DNA of 32,000 nt from Haloferax volcanii DS2 (GCF_000025685.1 NC_013967.1:1170001-1202000); one strand, 5' to 3'. Positions 23,286-32,000 are shown, counted from the stretch's first letter. Translations and numbers: made by a program. The notes: generated by a model from the letters alone, not told the origin.

Positions 23286-23594
23286 GTCGATCGTCGCCGT
23301 GGCGAACGGAATCAGCATCTCGTCGGGGTGGAGGCCGCCGTGCATGGCGACGAAGTCGAGTTTGCCCCCGTCCTCGTCGCCGTACCAGACGCCGAGGTCG
23401 CGGTGGACGACCACGCGCGACACGCCGTCGTAGCCGTCGGTCGCTTCGGCGGGGAGTCGCGGCCCGGCGTCCGCGCCGGGCAGGTCTGCGACGGTCCCCG
23501 GAATCCGCGAGAAACACCAGTCGTCGTAGGCCGGCAGAAGGTACTCGCCGTCCGACCGTCGCTCGCGGAGCGCCTGCGCGTCGGCGTCGAACAT
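23274..23594 (-). pseudogene. Internally deleted remnant of an alkaline-phosphatase-superfamily (type I phosphodiesterase/nucleotide pyrophosphatase-like) gene
   Basis: The 106-aa ORF joins an N-terminal leader-like part ([28 protein letters not shown]...) directly to a C-terminal AP-superfamily metal-site motif ([10 protein letters not shown]...[15 protein letters not shown]). The core of about 300 aa with the metal-binding Asp and nucleophile is absent. See findings. Confidence 0.5.
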
Positions 23595-23619
23595 ACCACC
23601 GTCGGCGTGCGTGCGGGCG

Positions 23620-23625
23620 AAAAAA
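23620..23625 (-). terminator. Oligo-T tract (T6 on the minus strand) downstream of aroA
   Basis: A6 on the plus strand, about 35 nt after the aroA stop on the transcribed strand, flanked by the direct repeat CGTGCGGG (23610-23617 and 23634-23641). Archaeal terminators are oligo-T tracts. It could also serve as the TATA-like element for the downstream remnant ORF. Confidence 0.35.
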
Positions 23626-23660
23626 GTTCCGTCCGTGCGGGTCGCTGTGGGGTCGCGCCT

Positions 23661-24953
23661 TCAGTGCTCGGTCATCTCGGCTCCGAGGTCGCGCATCGCC
23701 TCGAAGAAGTTCGGGAACGACACGTCGACATGTTCGCTGCCCGCAATCGTCGTCTCGCCGTCCGCGACGAGGCCGGCGACGGCCAGCGACATGACGATGC
23801 GGTGGTCGCCGCGGCCGTCGACCGCCGCGCCGACGAGGTCGGTCTCCCCGCCGTGAATCGTGAGGCGGTCCCGCTGTTCGGTGACGTTCGCGCCCATCTC
23901 AGCGAGTTCCTCCGCCATCGCGCTCACGCGGTCGGTCTCCTTGAACCGGACGTGCTCGCAGTTCTCGATGACCGTGTCGCCGTCGGCGATAGCGCCGAGG
24001 ACCGCGATGGTCGGCAGCAGGTCGGGCGTGTCGCCCACGTCCACGGTCGTCCCCGTGAGGTCGGCCGCGGAGACCACCAGTTCGCCGGCGTCCTCGTCCC
24101 AGTCCACCGTCGCGCCCATGTCGCGGACGATGTCGACGATGGCGCTGTCGCCCTGCGCGGACGGCCGCGCGCCCTCGATGACAACGTCTTCGCCCTCCGC
24201 GCCGGCGACCGCGCCGGCCGCGAGCAGATAGGAGAGAGACGAGAAGTCGCCGGGGACGCTGTACGCGCCGCCCTCGGGGGCGTACGACTGGCCGCCGGGG
24301 ACCGAAAAGCCGGCGTCGGTCCGGGTCGCTTCCACGCCGAAGTCGGCGAGGAGTTCGAGCGTGATATCGACGTACGGCGAGGATTTGAGTTCCGTCGTGA
24401 GTTCCACGTCGATGCCCTCCTCCGTGACCGCGCCGGCCATGAGGAGCGCCGTGATGAACTGCGAGGACACGTCGCCGGGAATCTCGACCGTGCCGCCGGT
24501 CATGCCGTCGCCGACGACGAGCGGGGCCTGCCCGTTGCGGCGCGTGCTCTCGGCGCGGCCGTCGAGGTCGAAGACGGCGTCGAGAAGCGGGCCGTGGGGC
24601 CGCGACCGGAGCGACGCGTCGCCCGTGAGGACCGTCAGGCCCTCTCCGAGGGCGGCACAGCCGGTGACGAGGCGCATCGTCGTCCCCGAGTTCTCGCAGT
24701 TGACCACGTCGTCGGGCGTGCCCGGGCGGCCGCCGAAGCCGGCGACCTCGACCGTCTGGCCGTCGCAGTCGACCGACCCGCCGAACGCCTCGACCGCGCG
24801 CATGGTCGCCTTGGTGTCGGCGCTGACGAGCGCGTCGCGGACGACCGCCTCGTCGCTGTAACCCGCGGCGAGGACGGCTCTGTGGGTGTAACTCTTCGAC
24901 GGCGGCGCTCGGGTGCGTCCGGCGACCCGAGACGGGGTGACGTGCGCGTCCAT
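23661..24953 (-). CDS. aroA: 3-phosphoshikimate 1-carboxyvinyltransferase (EPSP synthase)
   Basis: The start is set at ATG 24953 ([27 protein letters not shown]...), the canonical EPSPS N-terminus. [13 protein letters not shown] and the other family motifs are present. The upstream extension of the tracked ORF to 25145 looks non-coding. Confidence 0.95.
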   Translation of the reverse strand: MDAHVTPSRVAGRTRAPPSKSYTHRAVLAAGYSDEAVVRDALVSADTKATMRAVEAFGGSVDCDGQTVEVAGFGGRPGTPDDVVNCENSGTTMRLVTGCAALGEGLTVLTGDASLRSRPHGPLLDAVFDLDGRAESTRRNGQAPLVVGDGMTGGTVEIPGDVSSQFITALLMAGAVTEEGIDVELTTELKSSPYVDITLELLADFGVEATRTDAGFSVPGGQSYAPEGGAYSVPGDFSSLSYLLAAGAVAGAEGEDVVIEGARPSAQGDSAIVDIVRDMGATVDWDEDAGELVVSAADLTGTTVDVGDTPDLLPTIAVLGAIADGDTVIENCEHVRFKETDRVSAMAEELAEMGANVTEQRDRLTIHGGETDLVGAAVDGRGDHRIVMSLAVAGLVADGETTIAGSEHVDVSFPNFFEAMRDLGAEMTEH

Positions 24954-25277
24954 ACGCGAGGGGTCGGCAGGGTCCGGTATCAGGGTACCGGACGCGGCGA
25001 CGTTCTCCCGGACGGCAACGGCGACGCGGTCGCTCGATTTCGTGTCTGCCAACAAACATATATCGCGGGAGAGCGTATCGTACGTCCGGTGGAACCTCAC
25101 CGTCGAAGCGGACCGTTGCGCCGGCGAGCCACGCGACGCTCGCATGGCGGTCGCGGCGAGTTCCGGCGGTCAATCCGCGGCGCGTCTCTCGCTCGAAGAG
25201 GCGTGTCGCGGTGCCGATACCGGAACCCGCCGACCGCGACGCGAGAGTTTTACTACCGGCCGGGCGAACCCCGGCGT

Positions 25278-26453
25278 ATGGAACCCGATTTCTCACCGCT
25301 GGCCGAGTTCCTCGGCGACGAGTTCGACGGCTATCTCATCTCGGCCGACGGCAGCGACTCCAACCAGCTGTATCTCTCCGGGTTCGACGCGCCGGACCCG
25401 TACGTGACGCTCTACACGCCCGCGGGAATCCACCTCCTCGTCTCGACGCTGGAGTTCGGCCGCGCGAAAAAGGAGAGCCGCGCCGACACCGTCTCTCGAC
25501 TCTCGGACTACGACTACCGCGACAACCACGCCGAACACGGCGCGGTCGTCGGGAAGGCCAAGACGGTCGCGGCGTTCCTCGCTGACCACGGGGTCGACTC
25601 GCTCGCGGTCCCCGCGGACTTCCCGCTCGGCACCGCCGACGCCCTGCGCGAGGAGGGCGTCGCGGTCGACGCCGAGACCGACGACGTGCTCACGAACATC
25701 CGCGCGGTGAAAGCCGACGAGGAAGTCGAACGTATCCACGCCGCACAGGACGCCAACGAGGCCGCGATGCGCGCCGCCGAGGGGCTCATCCGCGACGCCG
25801 ACGTGGCCGACGACGGCACGCTCACCTACGAGGGCGAACCGCTGACGAGCGAGCGCGTCAGAGAGGAAATCGAGGTGACGCTCCTGCGCCACGGCTGCGC
25901 CCTCGACGAGACCATCGTCGCCTGTGGAGCCGACGCCGCCGACCCGCACGACCGCGGGAGCGGCCCGCTCCGAGCCGACGAGGCCGTCATCATCGACATC
26001 TTCCCGCGCGACAAGGAGACGAAGTACAACGGCGACATGACCCGGACGTTCGTGAAAGGCGAGCCGTCGCCCGAGATACGCGAGTGGTTCGACCTCACCG
26101 AGGAGGCGTTCGAGGCCGCTCTCGACGCCGTCGAACCCGGCGCGACCGGCAAAGACGTCCACGACGCCGTCTGCGACGTGTACGAGGCGGCCGGCGAGAG
26201 CACGCTCCGCGCCGACCCCTCGGCGGAGACCGGCTTCATCCACAGCACCGGCCACGGCGTCGGCCTCGACGTGCACGAACTGCCCTCGCTGAGTCCGAGC
26301 GGCGAGGAGCTTCGGCCCGGTCACGTCATCACCATCGAGCCGGGGCTGTACGACCCCGAAATCGGCGGCGTCAGAATCGAGGACCTCGTGGTCGTCACCG
26401 AGGACGGCTACGAGAACCTGACGGAGTACCCGGTCGAGCTCGTCGTCGAGTAG
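25278..26453 (+). CDS. M24 family Xaa-Pro aminopeptidase/dipeptidase
   Basis: The real gene is the last 391 aa of the tracked ORF 23328..26453. Pita-bread metal ligands are seen: DIFPRD...[44 protein letters not shown] at 25248-25255 lies 23-30 nt upstream. Confidence 0.9.
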   Translation: MEPDFSPLAEFLGDEFDGYLISADGSDSNQLYLSGFDAPDPYVTLYTPAGIHLLVSTLEFGRAKKESRADTVSRLSDYDYRDNHAEHGAVVGKAKTVAAFLADHGVDSLAVPADFPLGTADALREEGVAVDAETDDVLTNIRAVKADEEVERIHAAQDANEAAMRAAEGLIRDADVADDGTLTYEGEPLTSERVREEIEVTLLRHGCALDETIVACGADAADPHDRGSGPLRADEAVIIDIFPRDKETKYNGDMTRTFVKGEPSPEIREWFDLTEEAFEAALDAVEPGATGKDVHDAVCDVYEAAGESTLRADPSAETGFIHSTGHGVGLDVHELPSLSPSGEELRPGHVITIEPGLYDPEIGGVRIEDLVVVTEDGYENLTEYPVELVVE

Positions 26454-26486
26454 CCGGCGCGACGGACGCGAAACCGGCGTGAAAAC

Positions 26487-27008
26487 TTAGCTGTCGAGGG
26501 CGTTGTCGCCGGTCGGGCTGCCGGCGGGCGACGCGTCGGTCCACCCGGAGTTGGCCTCGCGCCACTGTTTCAAGAGGTCCTCCAGCGCGTCGCCCGTCTC
26601 GGGCGTGAGCACGCCGGCGGCCTGTCGGACGACCGTCCCGTCTTCGATGAGAAGCGCGTAGATGTTGCCCTCCCCGAGCAGTCCGAGGCGGCGCTGGAGC
26701 GCGGTCTTGTCCACTCGCGCGATGAGCGCGTTGTCGTGGGTTCGGCTCCGGGCCGCCTCCGGAGACATCCCGCCGCCGGACATCGGCGGCATCATCCCGC
26801 TTCGCCCGCCGAGGACGAGCAGTTCGTAGTACTCGAAATGCCCGTACGTCTCGCACAACTCCTTTGCGAACCCGCGCCACGACCCGACCAACGACTGCTG
26901 GCGGCGGTCGAAGCTGATGAGCACGAGCGTCTGTTCACCCTCTAGGTCGTCCGGGAGGACGACCTTCTGACCGCTCGTGTCGCGTGTCGGGAGGCGAGGG
27001 AACTCCAT
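26487..27008 (-). CDS. Hypothetical protein with a possible Cys-less thioredoxin-like fold and a Met/Gly-rich loop
   Basis: 173 aa in a high-GC3 frame. The N-terminus (FPRLPTRDTSGQKVVLPDDLEGEQTLVLISF) resembles the redoxin/AhpC-TSA entry strand, but no Cys sits at the catalytic position. Contains the loop GGRSGMMPPMSGGGMSPE. Confidence 0.55.
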   Translation of the reverse strand: MEFPRLPTRDTSGQKVVLPDDLEGEQTLVLISFDRRQQSLVGSWRGFAKELCETYGHFEYYELLVLGGRSGMMPPMSGGGMSPEAARSRTHDNALIARVDKTALQRRLGLLGEGNIYALLIEDGTVVRQAAGVLTPETGDALEDLLKQWREANSGWTDASPAGSPTGDNALDS

Positions 27009-27174
27009 GCGCTATGCGATTCCCCACCGGTAGTTAAGTCTAATTGCCGATTCGGTAGAATATCGCGTCGGAGAGACCGGGTTCACAGCGCCGACGCATG
27101 AACTCATCGCACAGTATTTCGAGTTCATCGAACATAAACGTCCGCCTCCGAGCCTCAGCGCCGATAACCGGTGG

Positions 27175-28020
27175 TCAGCGCTCGTAGTCCGGGTCGAACA
27201 GCTGGGCCGACATCGGCCCCGGTTCGCTGCCCTCGACGACGGCGTACGACGAGAAGTCGTCGACGCCCGCTTCGGACAGCAGTTCCTCGTCGTAGAACGC
27301 GTTGCCGGTACAGTCGGTCGGGTCGCGCGAGAACAGTTCGGCGACGGCGTCGCACATAATCTGCGGGGTGCGCCAGTCCTCGGGCGTGCCCATCCCGAAG
27401 TGTCGCGTCGCCTCGGACTCGATGGCCGCGACCGGCCACAGCGCGTTCACGCCGACGTCGTCGGCGTCGAGTTCGCCCGCGAGCGACTGCGCGATGAACG
27501 TCATGCCGTACTTCGAGAGCGCGTAGGCCACCTTCCCCGGGGCGGGGCGGGCGGGCATCGGCGGCGAGAAGGTGACGACGTGGGCGTGGTCGCTCTCGCG
27601 GAGGTGCGGGAGCGCGGCGTGTGTGGTGGCGTACGCCCCGCGAGCGTTCACGTCCATGAGGAGGTCGAACCGCTTCGGCGGCGTGTCCTCGAAGCCGGCC
27701 ATGTGAATCGCGCCCGCGTTGTTGACGACGAAGTCGATGCCGCCGAAGGCGTCGACCGTCTCGTCGATGGCGGTCTGCACGGAAGCGTCGTCGCGCACGT
27801 CGAGTTGGCACCAGATGGAACTGCCGCCGCGCTCGCGTATCTCCTCCGTCGTCTCGACGATGGTCCCGGGGAGGTCCTCGCGCCCGTCGACGGTCTTGCC
27901 CGTCGAGACGACGTTCGCGCCCCGGTCGGCCAGGTCGAGCGCGATGGCCTTCCCGATGCCGCGACTGGTTCCCGTGATGAAGGCCGTCCGACCCTCGAAA
28001 TCCACATCATCGAATGCCAT
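27175..28020 (-). CDS. Short-chain dehydrogenase/reductase (SDR) family oxidoreductase
   Basis: TGTSRGIGKA (TGxxxGxG), NNAG, and YALSK (YxxxK). 281 aa. Confidence 0.9.
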   Translation of the reverse strand: MAFDDVDFEGRTAFITGTSRGIGKAIALDLADRGANVVSTGKTVDGREDLPGTIVETTEEIRERGGSSIWCQLDVRDDASVQTAIDETVDAFGGIDFVVNNAGAIHMAGFEDTPPKRFDLLMDVNARGAYATTHAALPHLRESDHAHVVTFSPPMPARPAPGKVAYALSKYGMTFIAQSLAGELDADDVGVNALWPVAAIESEATRHFGMGTPEDWRTPQIMCDAVAELFSRDPTDCTGNAFYDEELLSEAGVDDFSSYAVVEGSEPGPMSAQLFDPDYER

Positions 28021-28165
28021 AGTTTCTTATCGGTCATCGGCCACTTGATGGTTCGTACACCGGGCGTCGGTTGAACGTGGTTTGCGGGTCGGGCGCAGGT
28101 GGGCGTCTCGCCACACCCGCCGCCACCGATTCCCTTTTGCCCGCCGCACCTCCACACCCGTACCG

Positions 28166-28984
28166 ATGGACGTGCTCATCGTCGGCGCGGGCGCAATGGG
28201 ACGCTGGTTCGGCCGCACCGTCGACGCCGACCTCGCGTTCGCCGACGCGGACCCCGAGAGCGCGGTCGCCGCAGCGGACGCGCTGGGCGGGCGGGCGGTC
28301 CCGCTGGACGGCGACGAGCGGTTCGACGTGGTCTGTCTCGCGGTCCCGATGCGCCTCGCGGCCGACGCCGTCGCCGACAACGCCCACCGCGCGGACGCCG
28401 CGATGTGCGACGTGACCGGCGCGATGAAACCCCCGGTGGTGGCGATGCGCAACCACCTCCCCGACCGCGAGCGACTCAGCCTCCACCCGCTTTTCGCCCC
28501 GCACAACGCCCCCGGCAACGTTGCCGCCGTCGCCGACGAATCGGGGCCGAAGACGGACACCCTGCTCGCCGACCTCGACGCGGCCGGCAACCGCGTCTTC
28601 GAGACGACGCCCGAGGAACACGACGCGGCGATGGAGACGGTGCAGGCGGCCGCCCACGCGGCCGTCCTCGCGTTCGGGGTCGCCGCCGACGACGTGCGCG
28701 AGGAGTTCGCCACGCCGATTTCCGCCGCGCTCGACGAACTCGTCGCCTCGGTGTCCGGCGGCACCCCGCGCGTGTACGCGGACATCCAATCTTCGTTCGG
28801 CGGCGGGGCCGACCGCGTCGCCGACGCGGCCCGCGCGCTCGCGGCGGCCGACGACGAGGCGTTCGACGACCTCTACCGGCGCGTCTCCCGCGGCGACTCC
28901 GGTGTGGCCGCTGGAGCCGACCGCGTCGCCGACGACCGCAGTCGCGACCGCGACCAGACCGACAAGCACGACCCTGTCGAGTGA
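28166..28984 (+). CDS. tyrA: Prephenate dehydrogenase
   Basis: ATG 28166 gives MDVLIVGAGAMGRWFG (a GxGxxG motif). The HPLFAP motif matches HPMFGP of TyrA. The acidic disordered tail lowers certainty about the C-terminal extent. Confidence 0.75.
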   Translation: MDVLIVGAGAMGRWFGRTVDADLAFADADPESAVAAADALGGRAVPLDGDERFDVVCLAVPMRLAADAVADNAHRADAAMCDVTGAMKPPVVAMRNHLPDRERLSLHPLFAPHNAPGNVAAVADESGPKTDTLLADLDAAGNRVFETTPEEHDAAMETVQAAAHAAVLAFGVAADDVREEFATPISAALDELVASVSGGTPRVYADIQSSFGGGADRVADAARALAAADDEAFDDLYRRVSRGDSGVAAGADRVADDRSRDRDQTDKHDPVE

Positions 28985-29071
28985 CGAGGGAAGGGAGACG
29001 CCGACGCCGACGCCCCGCGGCGGGCCGACAGCTCCCGCGCGGGCGACGGCGACTCGCTCCACAGCCCACCG

Positions 29072-30475
29072 ATGATAGACAGAGACGCCGTCCGCGACAA
29101 CGCGAAGTACCTCAGAAACGTCCGCCCCGTCGACCCCGACGAGATAGCCGACTACATCGAGGGCGCGCCCCACCCCGCCGTGGTGAAACAGACGCTCCGC
29201 GAGGAGGCCCACGACCTCGGCCTGTTCGAGCGCGAGGACGGCACGTTCGTCCCCGCGAACGCCGACCCCGCGCCGGTTCGGAACTGGTCGCCCGCGGCCT
29301 TCCCCGACGACTACTCCTTTGCCCTCGAAGACCTGCTCATCGGGCGCTACGGCGCGAACTGGCACGTCGGTGAGTCGGGCGACCGCCTCCGGGAGCGCGT
29401 CCGCCAACTGAAAGAGGACTACTACCGGGGCAACTCCGTCGAGTACGACGAGGACGCCGCGCTCGGCTACGCGATATACCACCTCCCGGACTACTACGCG
29501 GCCGTCGGCTACGTCCTCTCCGACCTCGCGGAGCGGAGCCTACTCCCGCGAAAACCCCGCGTGCTCGACGTGGGTGCCGGAACCGGCGGCCCCGCGCTCG
29601 GCCTCCACGACTACCTCCCCGACGATTCGGTCGTGGACTACCACGCGGTCGAACCGAGCGCCTCCGCGGACGTGCTCGACCGGATGCTCGGCGAGACGCG
29701 CCGGAACTTCCGGACGACCGTCCACCGCGAGACCGCCGAGGCGTTCGCCCCCGACGGCGAGTACGATATCGTCCTGTTCGCCAGCGTCCTGAGCGAACTC
29801 GACGACCCCGCCGCAGTCGTCGAAAAATACCTCGACGCGCTCGCCGCCGACGGCGCAGTCGTCGCCATCGCGCCGGCCGACCGGAACACCAGTATCGGCC
29901 TCCGCGAGGTCGAACGCGAGGTCGCGCCGGCCGACGGCGACGTGACGGTGTACTCGCCGGCGCTCCGCCTCTGGGACGGCTACGCGCCCTCGGACCGCGG
30001 CTGGTCGTTCGACGTACGGCCCGACCTCGACGTGCCGGGGTTCCAGCGCCGCCTCGACGAGGGGCGCGCGGGCGACGAGGACGAGGGCACCTTCGTCAAC
30101 GTGGACGTGCAGTACTCGTACAGCGTCCTCCGCACCGACGGCGAGCGCCGCCTCGACGTGCGCGGCAACCCCGCGCGGTTCGCCAAGATGGCCGAGATGG
30201 AACGCCACGTGACGAACCGCATCGACCTGCTGGCGGTCAAACTGAGCCACGACCTCTCGGAGGGGAACAACCAGGTGTTCAAAATCGGCGACGGGAGCGA
30301 GGCGGTCGACCACTACGCCGTCCGCACGCGCGACACCGTGCTGAACGCCGACGTGGCCGACGCCGACTACGGCGACGTGCTCGTCTTCGAGAACGTCCTC
30401 TCGCTCTGGAACGACGACGAGGAGGCGTACAACCTCGTCGTCGACGACGAGACGCTCGTCGACCGCGTCGCCTGA
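29072..30475 (+). CDS. Class I SAM-dependent methyltransferase, Rsm22-like, with a C-terminal beta-rich domain
   Basis: Motif I VLDVGAGTGGPALGL. The preceding AYAIYHLPDYYAAVGYVL segment resembles the Rsm22 family (PF09243) from memory. 467 aa. Confidence 0.75.
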   Translation: MIDRDAVRDNAKYLRNVRPVDPDEIADYIEGAPHPAVVKQTLREEAHDLGLFEREDGTFVPANADPAPVRNWSPAAFPDDYSFALEDLLIGRYGANWHVGESGDRLRERVRQLKEDYYRGNSVEYDEDAALGYAIYHLPDYYAAVGYVLSDLAERSLLPRKPRVLDVGAGTGGPALGLHDYLPDDSVVDYHAVEPSASADVLDRMLGETRRNFRTTVHRETAEAFAPDGEYDIVLFASVLSELDDPAAVVEKYLDALAADGAVVAIAPADRNTSIGLREVEREVAPADGDVTVYSPALRLWDGYAPSDRGWSFDVRPDLDVPGFQRRLDEGRAGDEDEGTFVNVDVQYSYSVLRTDGERRLDVRGNPARFAKMAEMERHVTNRIDLLAVKLSHDLSEGNNQVFKIGDGSEAVDHYAVRTRDTVLNADVADADYGDVLVFENVLSLWNDDEEAYNLVVDDETLVDRVA

Positions 30476-30579
30476 GCGGGCCGCGTCGTCTCCGGCGTCC
30501 GACCTCGCCCGCCCGCTGACAACCCTGTCGCGCCCCGCCCGACGGGTGGCTTTTTGCGCGCTCCGTCCCCAGACGGACC

Positions 30580-31371
30580 ATGAGCGAACCCAGCATCCTC
30601 CTCACTAACGACGACGGCATCGAGAGCGTCGGCTTCCGCGCGCTCTACGACGCCCTCTCGGAGTTCGCCGACGTGACCGCGGTCGCGCCCGCGACGGACC
30701 AGAGCGCGGTCGGCCGGAAGATGTCCACCGACGCGGTCGTCGCCGAGCACGAACTCGGCTACGCGCTGGAGGGGACGCCCGCCGACTGCACGGTCGCCGG
30801 GTTGGAGGCGCTGTGTCCCGACGTGGACATGGTCGTCTCCGGCATCAACAAGGGAGCTAACATCGGCGCGTACGTCCTCGGCCGGTCGGGGACCGTCAGC
30901 GCCGCCGTCGAGGCCGCGTTCTTCGACGTGCCCGCCATCGCCCTCTCGCTGTACGTCCCCGCCGGCGGCGACCTGCCGTGGCACGAGAAGGCGACCGACC
31001 CACGGGACTTCCGCGAGGCGACCAACGCCGCGTCGCACCTCGTCAAACACGCCGAACCCGCCGGCGTCTTCGAGCAGTGCGACTACCTCAACGTCAACGC
31101 GCCCGTGTCCGGTCCCGACGGGGGACCCGCGGACATGCAGGTGACGGTTCCCTCGGAGCTGTACGACATGACCGCGGAGTTCGAAAACGGCACCGTGAAG
31201 CTCCACGACCGCGTCTGGGAGCGGATGGAAACCGGCGATATTCCGGACCCCGACGGCACCGACCGCCGGGCCGTCGTCGAGGGTCGCGTGTCGGTCTCAC
31301 CGCTGACCGCGCCGCACACGACCCACCGACACGAGGCGCTGGACGCGCTCGCCGAGACGTATCTGGAGTGA
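30580..31371 (+). CDS. surE: 5'/3'-nucleotidase SurE
   Basis: ILLTNDDGIES N-terminal metal-binding motif, SGINKGAN and GTVSAA. 263 aa. Confidence 0.9.
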   Translation: MSEPSILLTNDDGIESVGFRALYDALSEFADVTAVAPATDQSAVGRKMSTDAVVAEHELGYALEGTPADCTVAGLEALCPDVDMVVSGINKGANIGAYVLGRSGTVSAAVEAAFFDVPAIALSLYVPAGGDLPWHEKATDPRDFREATNAASHLVKHAEPAGVFEQCDYLNVNAPVSGPDGGPADMQVTVPSELYDMTAEFENGTVKLHDRVWERMETGDIPDPDGTDRRAVVEGRVSVSPLTAPHTTHRHEALDALAETYLE

Positions 31372-31681
31372 GCGAAGCGGGAAGCGGGCAACAAAGCGTA
31401 TACCGGAGGGGCCTGAAGCGCCGACGAGACCGATGACTCCGGTTCTTCAGGCCGCGGGTGCCGGTCGGGAATCGTCACCGGCTTCCTCGTCGCTATCGCG
31501 GTGCTGTTCAGCCTCCCGCTCGTCATCCTCCTCCTCGGTCGGCTGTTCGAGCGGTTCTTCTGAGGCCGCGAGTCCGGGCCTTGCGAACGGAGCGACCAAT
31601 CGACAATTCGCGGGCTATCTCGCACCCGACAGCCCGACAGCCACCGTAGTCTTTTCACCAGTGAGCCATCTGTTAGGTGAC

Positions 31682-31906
31682 ATGAACCGCGACGAACTCA
31701 ACGACTATCTGAAACAGCGGCCGCTCTTGGGAGGTCTCTGGCTCGTCGCGATGCTCGGTGTGGCCATGGTGCTGTGGCTGAAACTGCTCCGCCCGGGGCA
31801 GTCGGTCGTCGACATCGTCTCGAACACCGGCTACCAGTTCGTCTTTCTCGTGACGGGCGGACTCTGTTACGTGACCTACGTCGGCTTCTCTCGAGCGGTG
31901 AACTGA
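31682..31906 (+). CDS. Small membrane protein, 74 aa, two TM segments, unknown function
   Basis: ATG 31682 (MNRDELNDYLKQRPLLGGLWLVAMLGVAMVLWL...) has high GC3. The upstream part of the tracked ORF 31433..31906 is Ser-rich and off-frame-looking. Confidence 0.55.
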   Translation: MNRDELNDYLKQRPLLGGLWLVAMLGVAMVLWLKLLRPGQSVVDIVSNTGYQFVFLVTGGLCYVTYVGFSRAVN

Positions 31907-31908
31907 CG

Positions 31909-32000
31909 TTATTCCGACACCGCCCGCCGACTGTCGACCAGCAGTTTGTACGCGAGGCCGACGACGCCGGCGAACACCGCGAGCGCCCCGGCGAGCGAAG
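31909..32000 (-). CDS. C-terminal fragment (29 aa) of a membrane protein entering from beyond the window end
   Basis: The reverse complement reads ...SLAGALAVFAGVVGLAYKLLVDSRRAVSE then TAA (31909-31911). High-GC3 frame with a hydrophobic helix. Confidence 0.45.
   Translation of the reverse strand, partial: SLAGALAVFAGVVGLAYKLLVDSRRAVSE

Noticed and set aside
23328-25277. N-terminal 650 aa of the 1041-aa ORF 23328..26453
   Set aside because: Only the last 391 aa (from ATG 25278) match the M24 peptidase family. The upstream part runs antisense to aroA and the remnant gene and has junk-like composition.
27098-27187. Micro-ORF starting at ATGAACTC within the inverted repeat ATGAACTC(15 nt)GAGTTCAT between the SDR gene and the hypothetical gene
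   Set aside because: The 29-codon frame has low G/C at third positions and Ser/Ile/Asn-rich content. The inverted repeat (27098-27105 and 27121-27128) is more simply a 3'-end hairpin of the SDR transcript or a promoter-region element of the downstream gene, and is too weak to call either way.
21491-28984. An aromatic-amino-acid biosynthesis 'supercluster' (aroC, aroA, tyrA)
   Set aside because: The three genes are on different strands and separated by unrelated genes (a membrane protein, the AP-family remnant, an M24 peptidase, a hypothetical protein and an SDR), each with its own promoter-like element. This is loose linkage of pathway genes, not an operon or novel system.
1-32000. Scan for CRISPR arrays, tRNA/rRNA genes, IS elements, integrases, toxin-antitoxin pairs or defence islands
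   Set aside because: I saw no regularly spaced direct repeats and no tRNA-like acceptor/T-arm sequences in the intergenic spacers. There are no transposase or integrase-like ORFs and no long terminal inverted repeats. The only compositional anomalies are short promoter-sized AT-rich patches. This was a scan by eye, so tRNAscan-SE, Infernal and ISfinder-type searches would be needed to confirm the negative.

Overview
The window looks like a chromosomal core region of a halophilic archaeon (class Halobacteria, Haloferacales-like). It is visibly GC-rich, real genes show strong third-position G/C bias, predicted proteins are acidic, many genes have a TATA-like box about 25-30 nt upstream of the start codon (leaderless layout), and GGAGGTG Shine-Dalgarno motifs appear only at operon-internal genes. 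I support about 35 protein-coding genes, almost all housekeeping or metabolic. They include a GTP cyclohydrolase III / MDR dehydrogenase / PTPS-like operon, a HAD phosphatase, DJ-1/PfpI, OsmC, an MBL-fold hydrolase and an FAH-family enzyme. There is also a Tat-exported two-subunit GMC oxidoreductase, a hisC / AK6-like kinase / CDP-alcohol phosphatidyltransferase operon, a PAS histidine kinase, MBF1 and triosephosphate isomerase. The rest are a HerA/VirB4-like ATPase next to DNA polymerase IV, an Lrp regulator, the two-subunit 2-oxoacid:ferredoxin oxidoreductase, aroC, aroA, tyrA, an M24 peptidase, an SDR, an Rsm22-like methyltransferase and surE. I found no rRNA, tRNA, CRISPR array, transposase, integrase or other mobile-element signature, and no multi-gene cassette that looks like a defence or otherwise novel system. 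This reads as an ordinary core region. The observations worth a second look are modest. The main ones are an internally deleted alkaline-phosphatase-family remnant, a coding-frame switch at the 5' end of the histidine kinase gene, and a roughly 130-bp AT-rich island with a consensus TATA box and a hairpin plus T-run (candidate sRNA or leader). Others include a dinB-linked ATPase with a coiled coil and a wHTH domain, an unlisted 44-aa small ORF, and several promoter-proximal palindromes. The many long Arg/Gly/Pro-rich ORFs in the six-frame track are off-frame or antisense artefacts of the high GC content.
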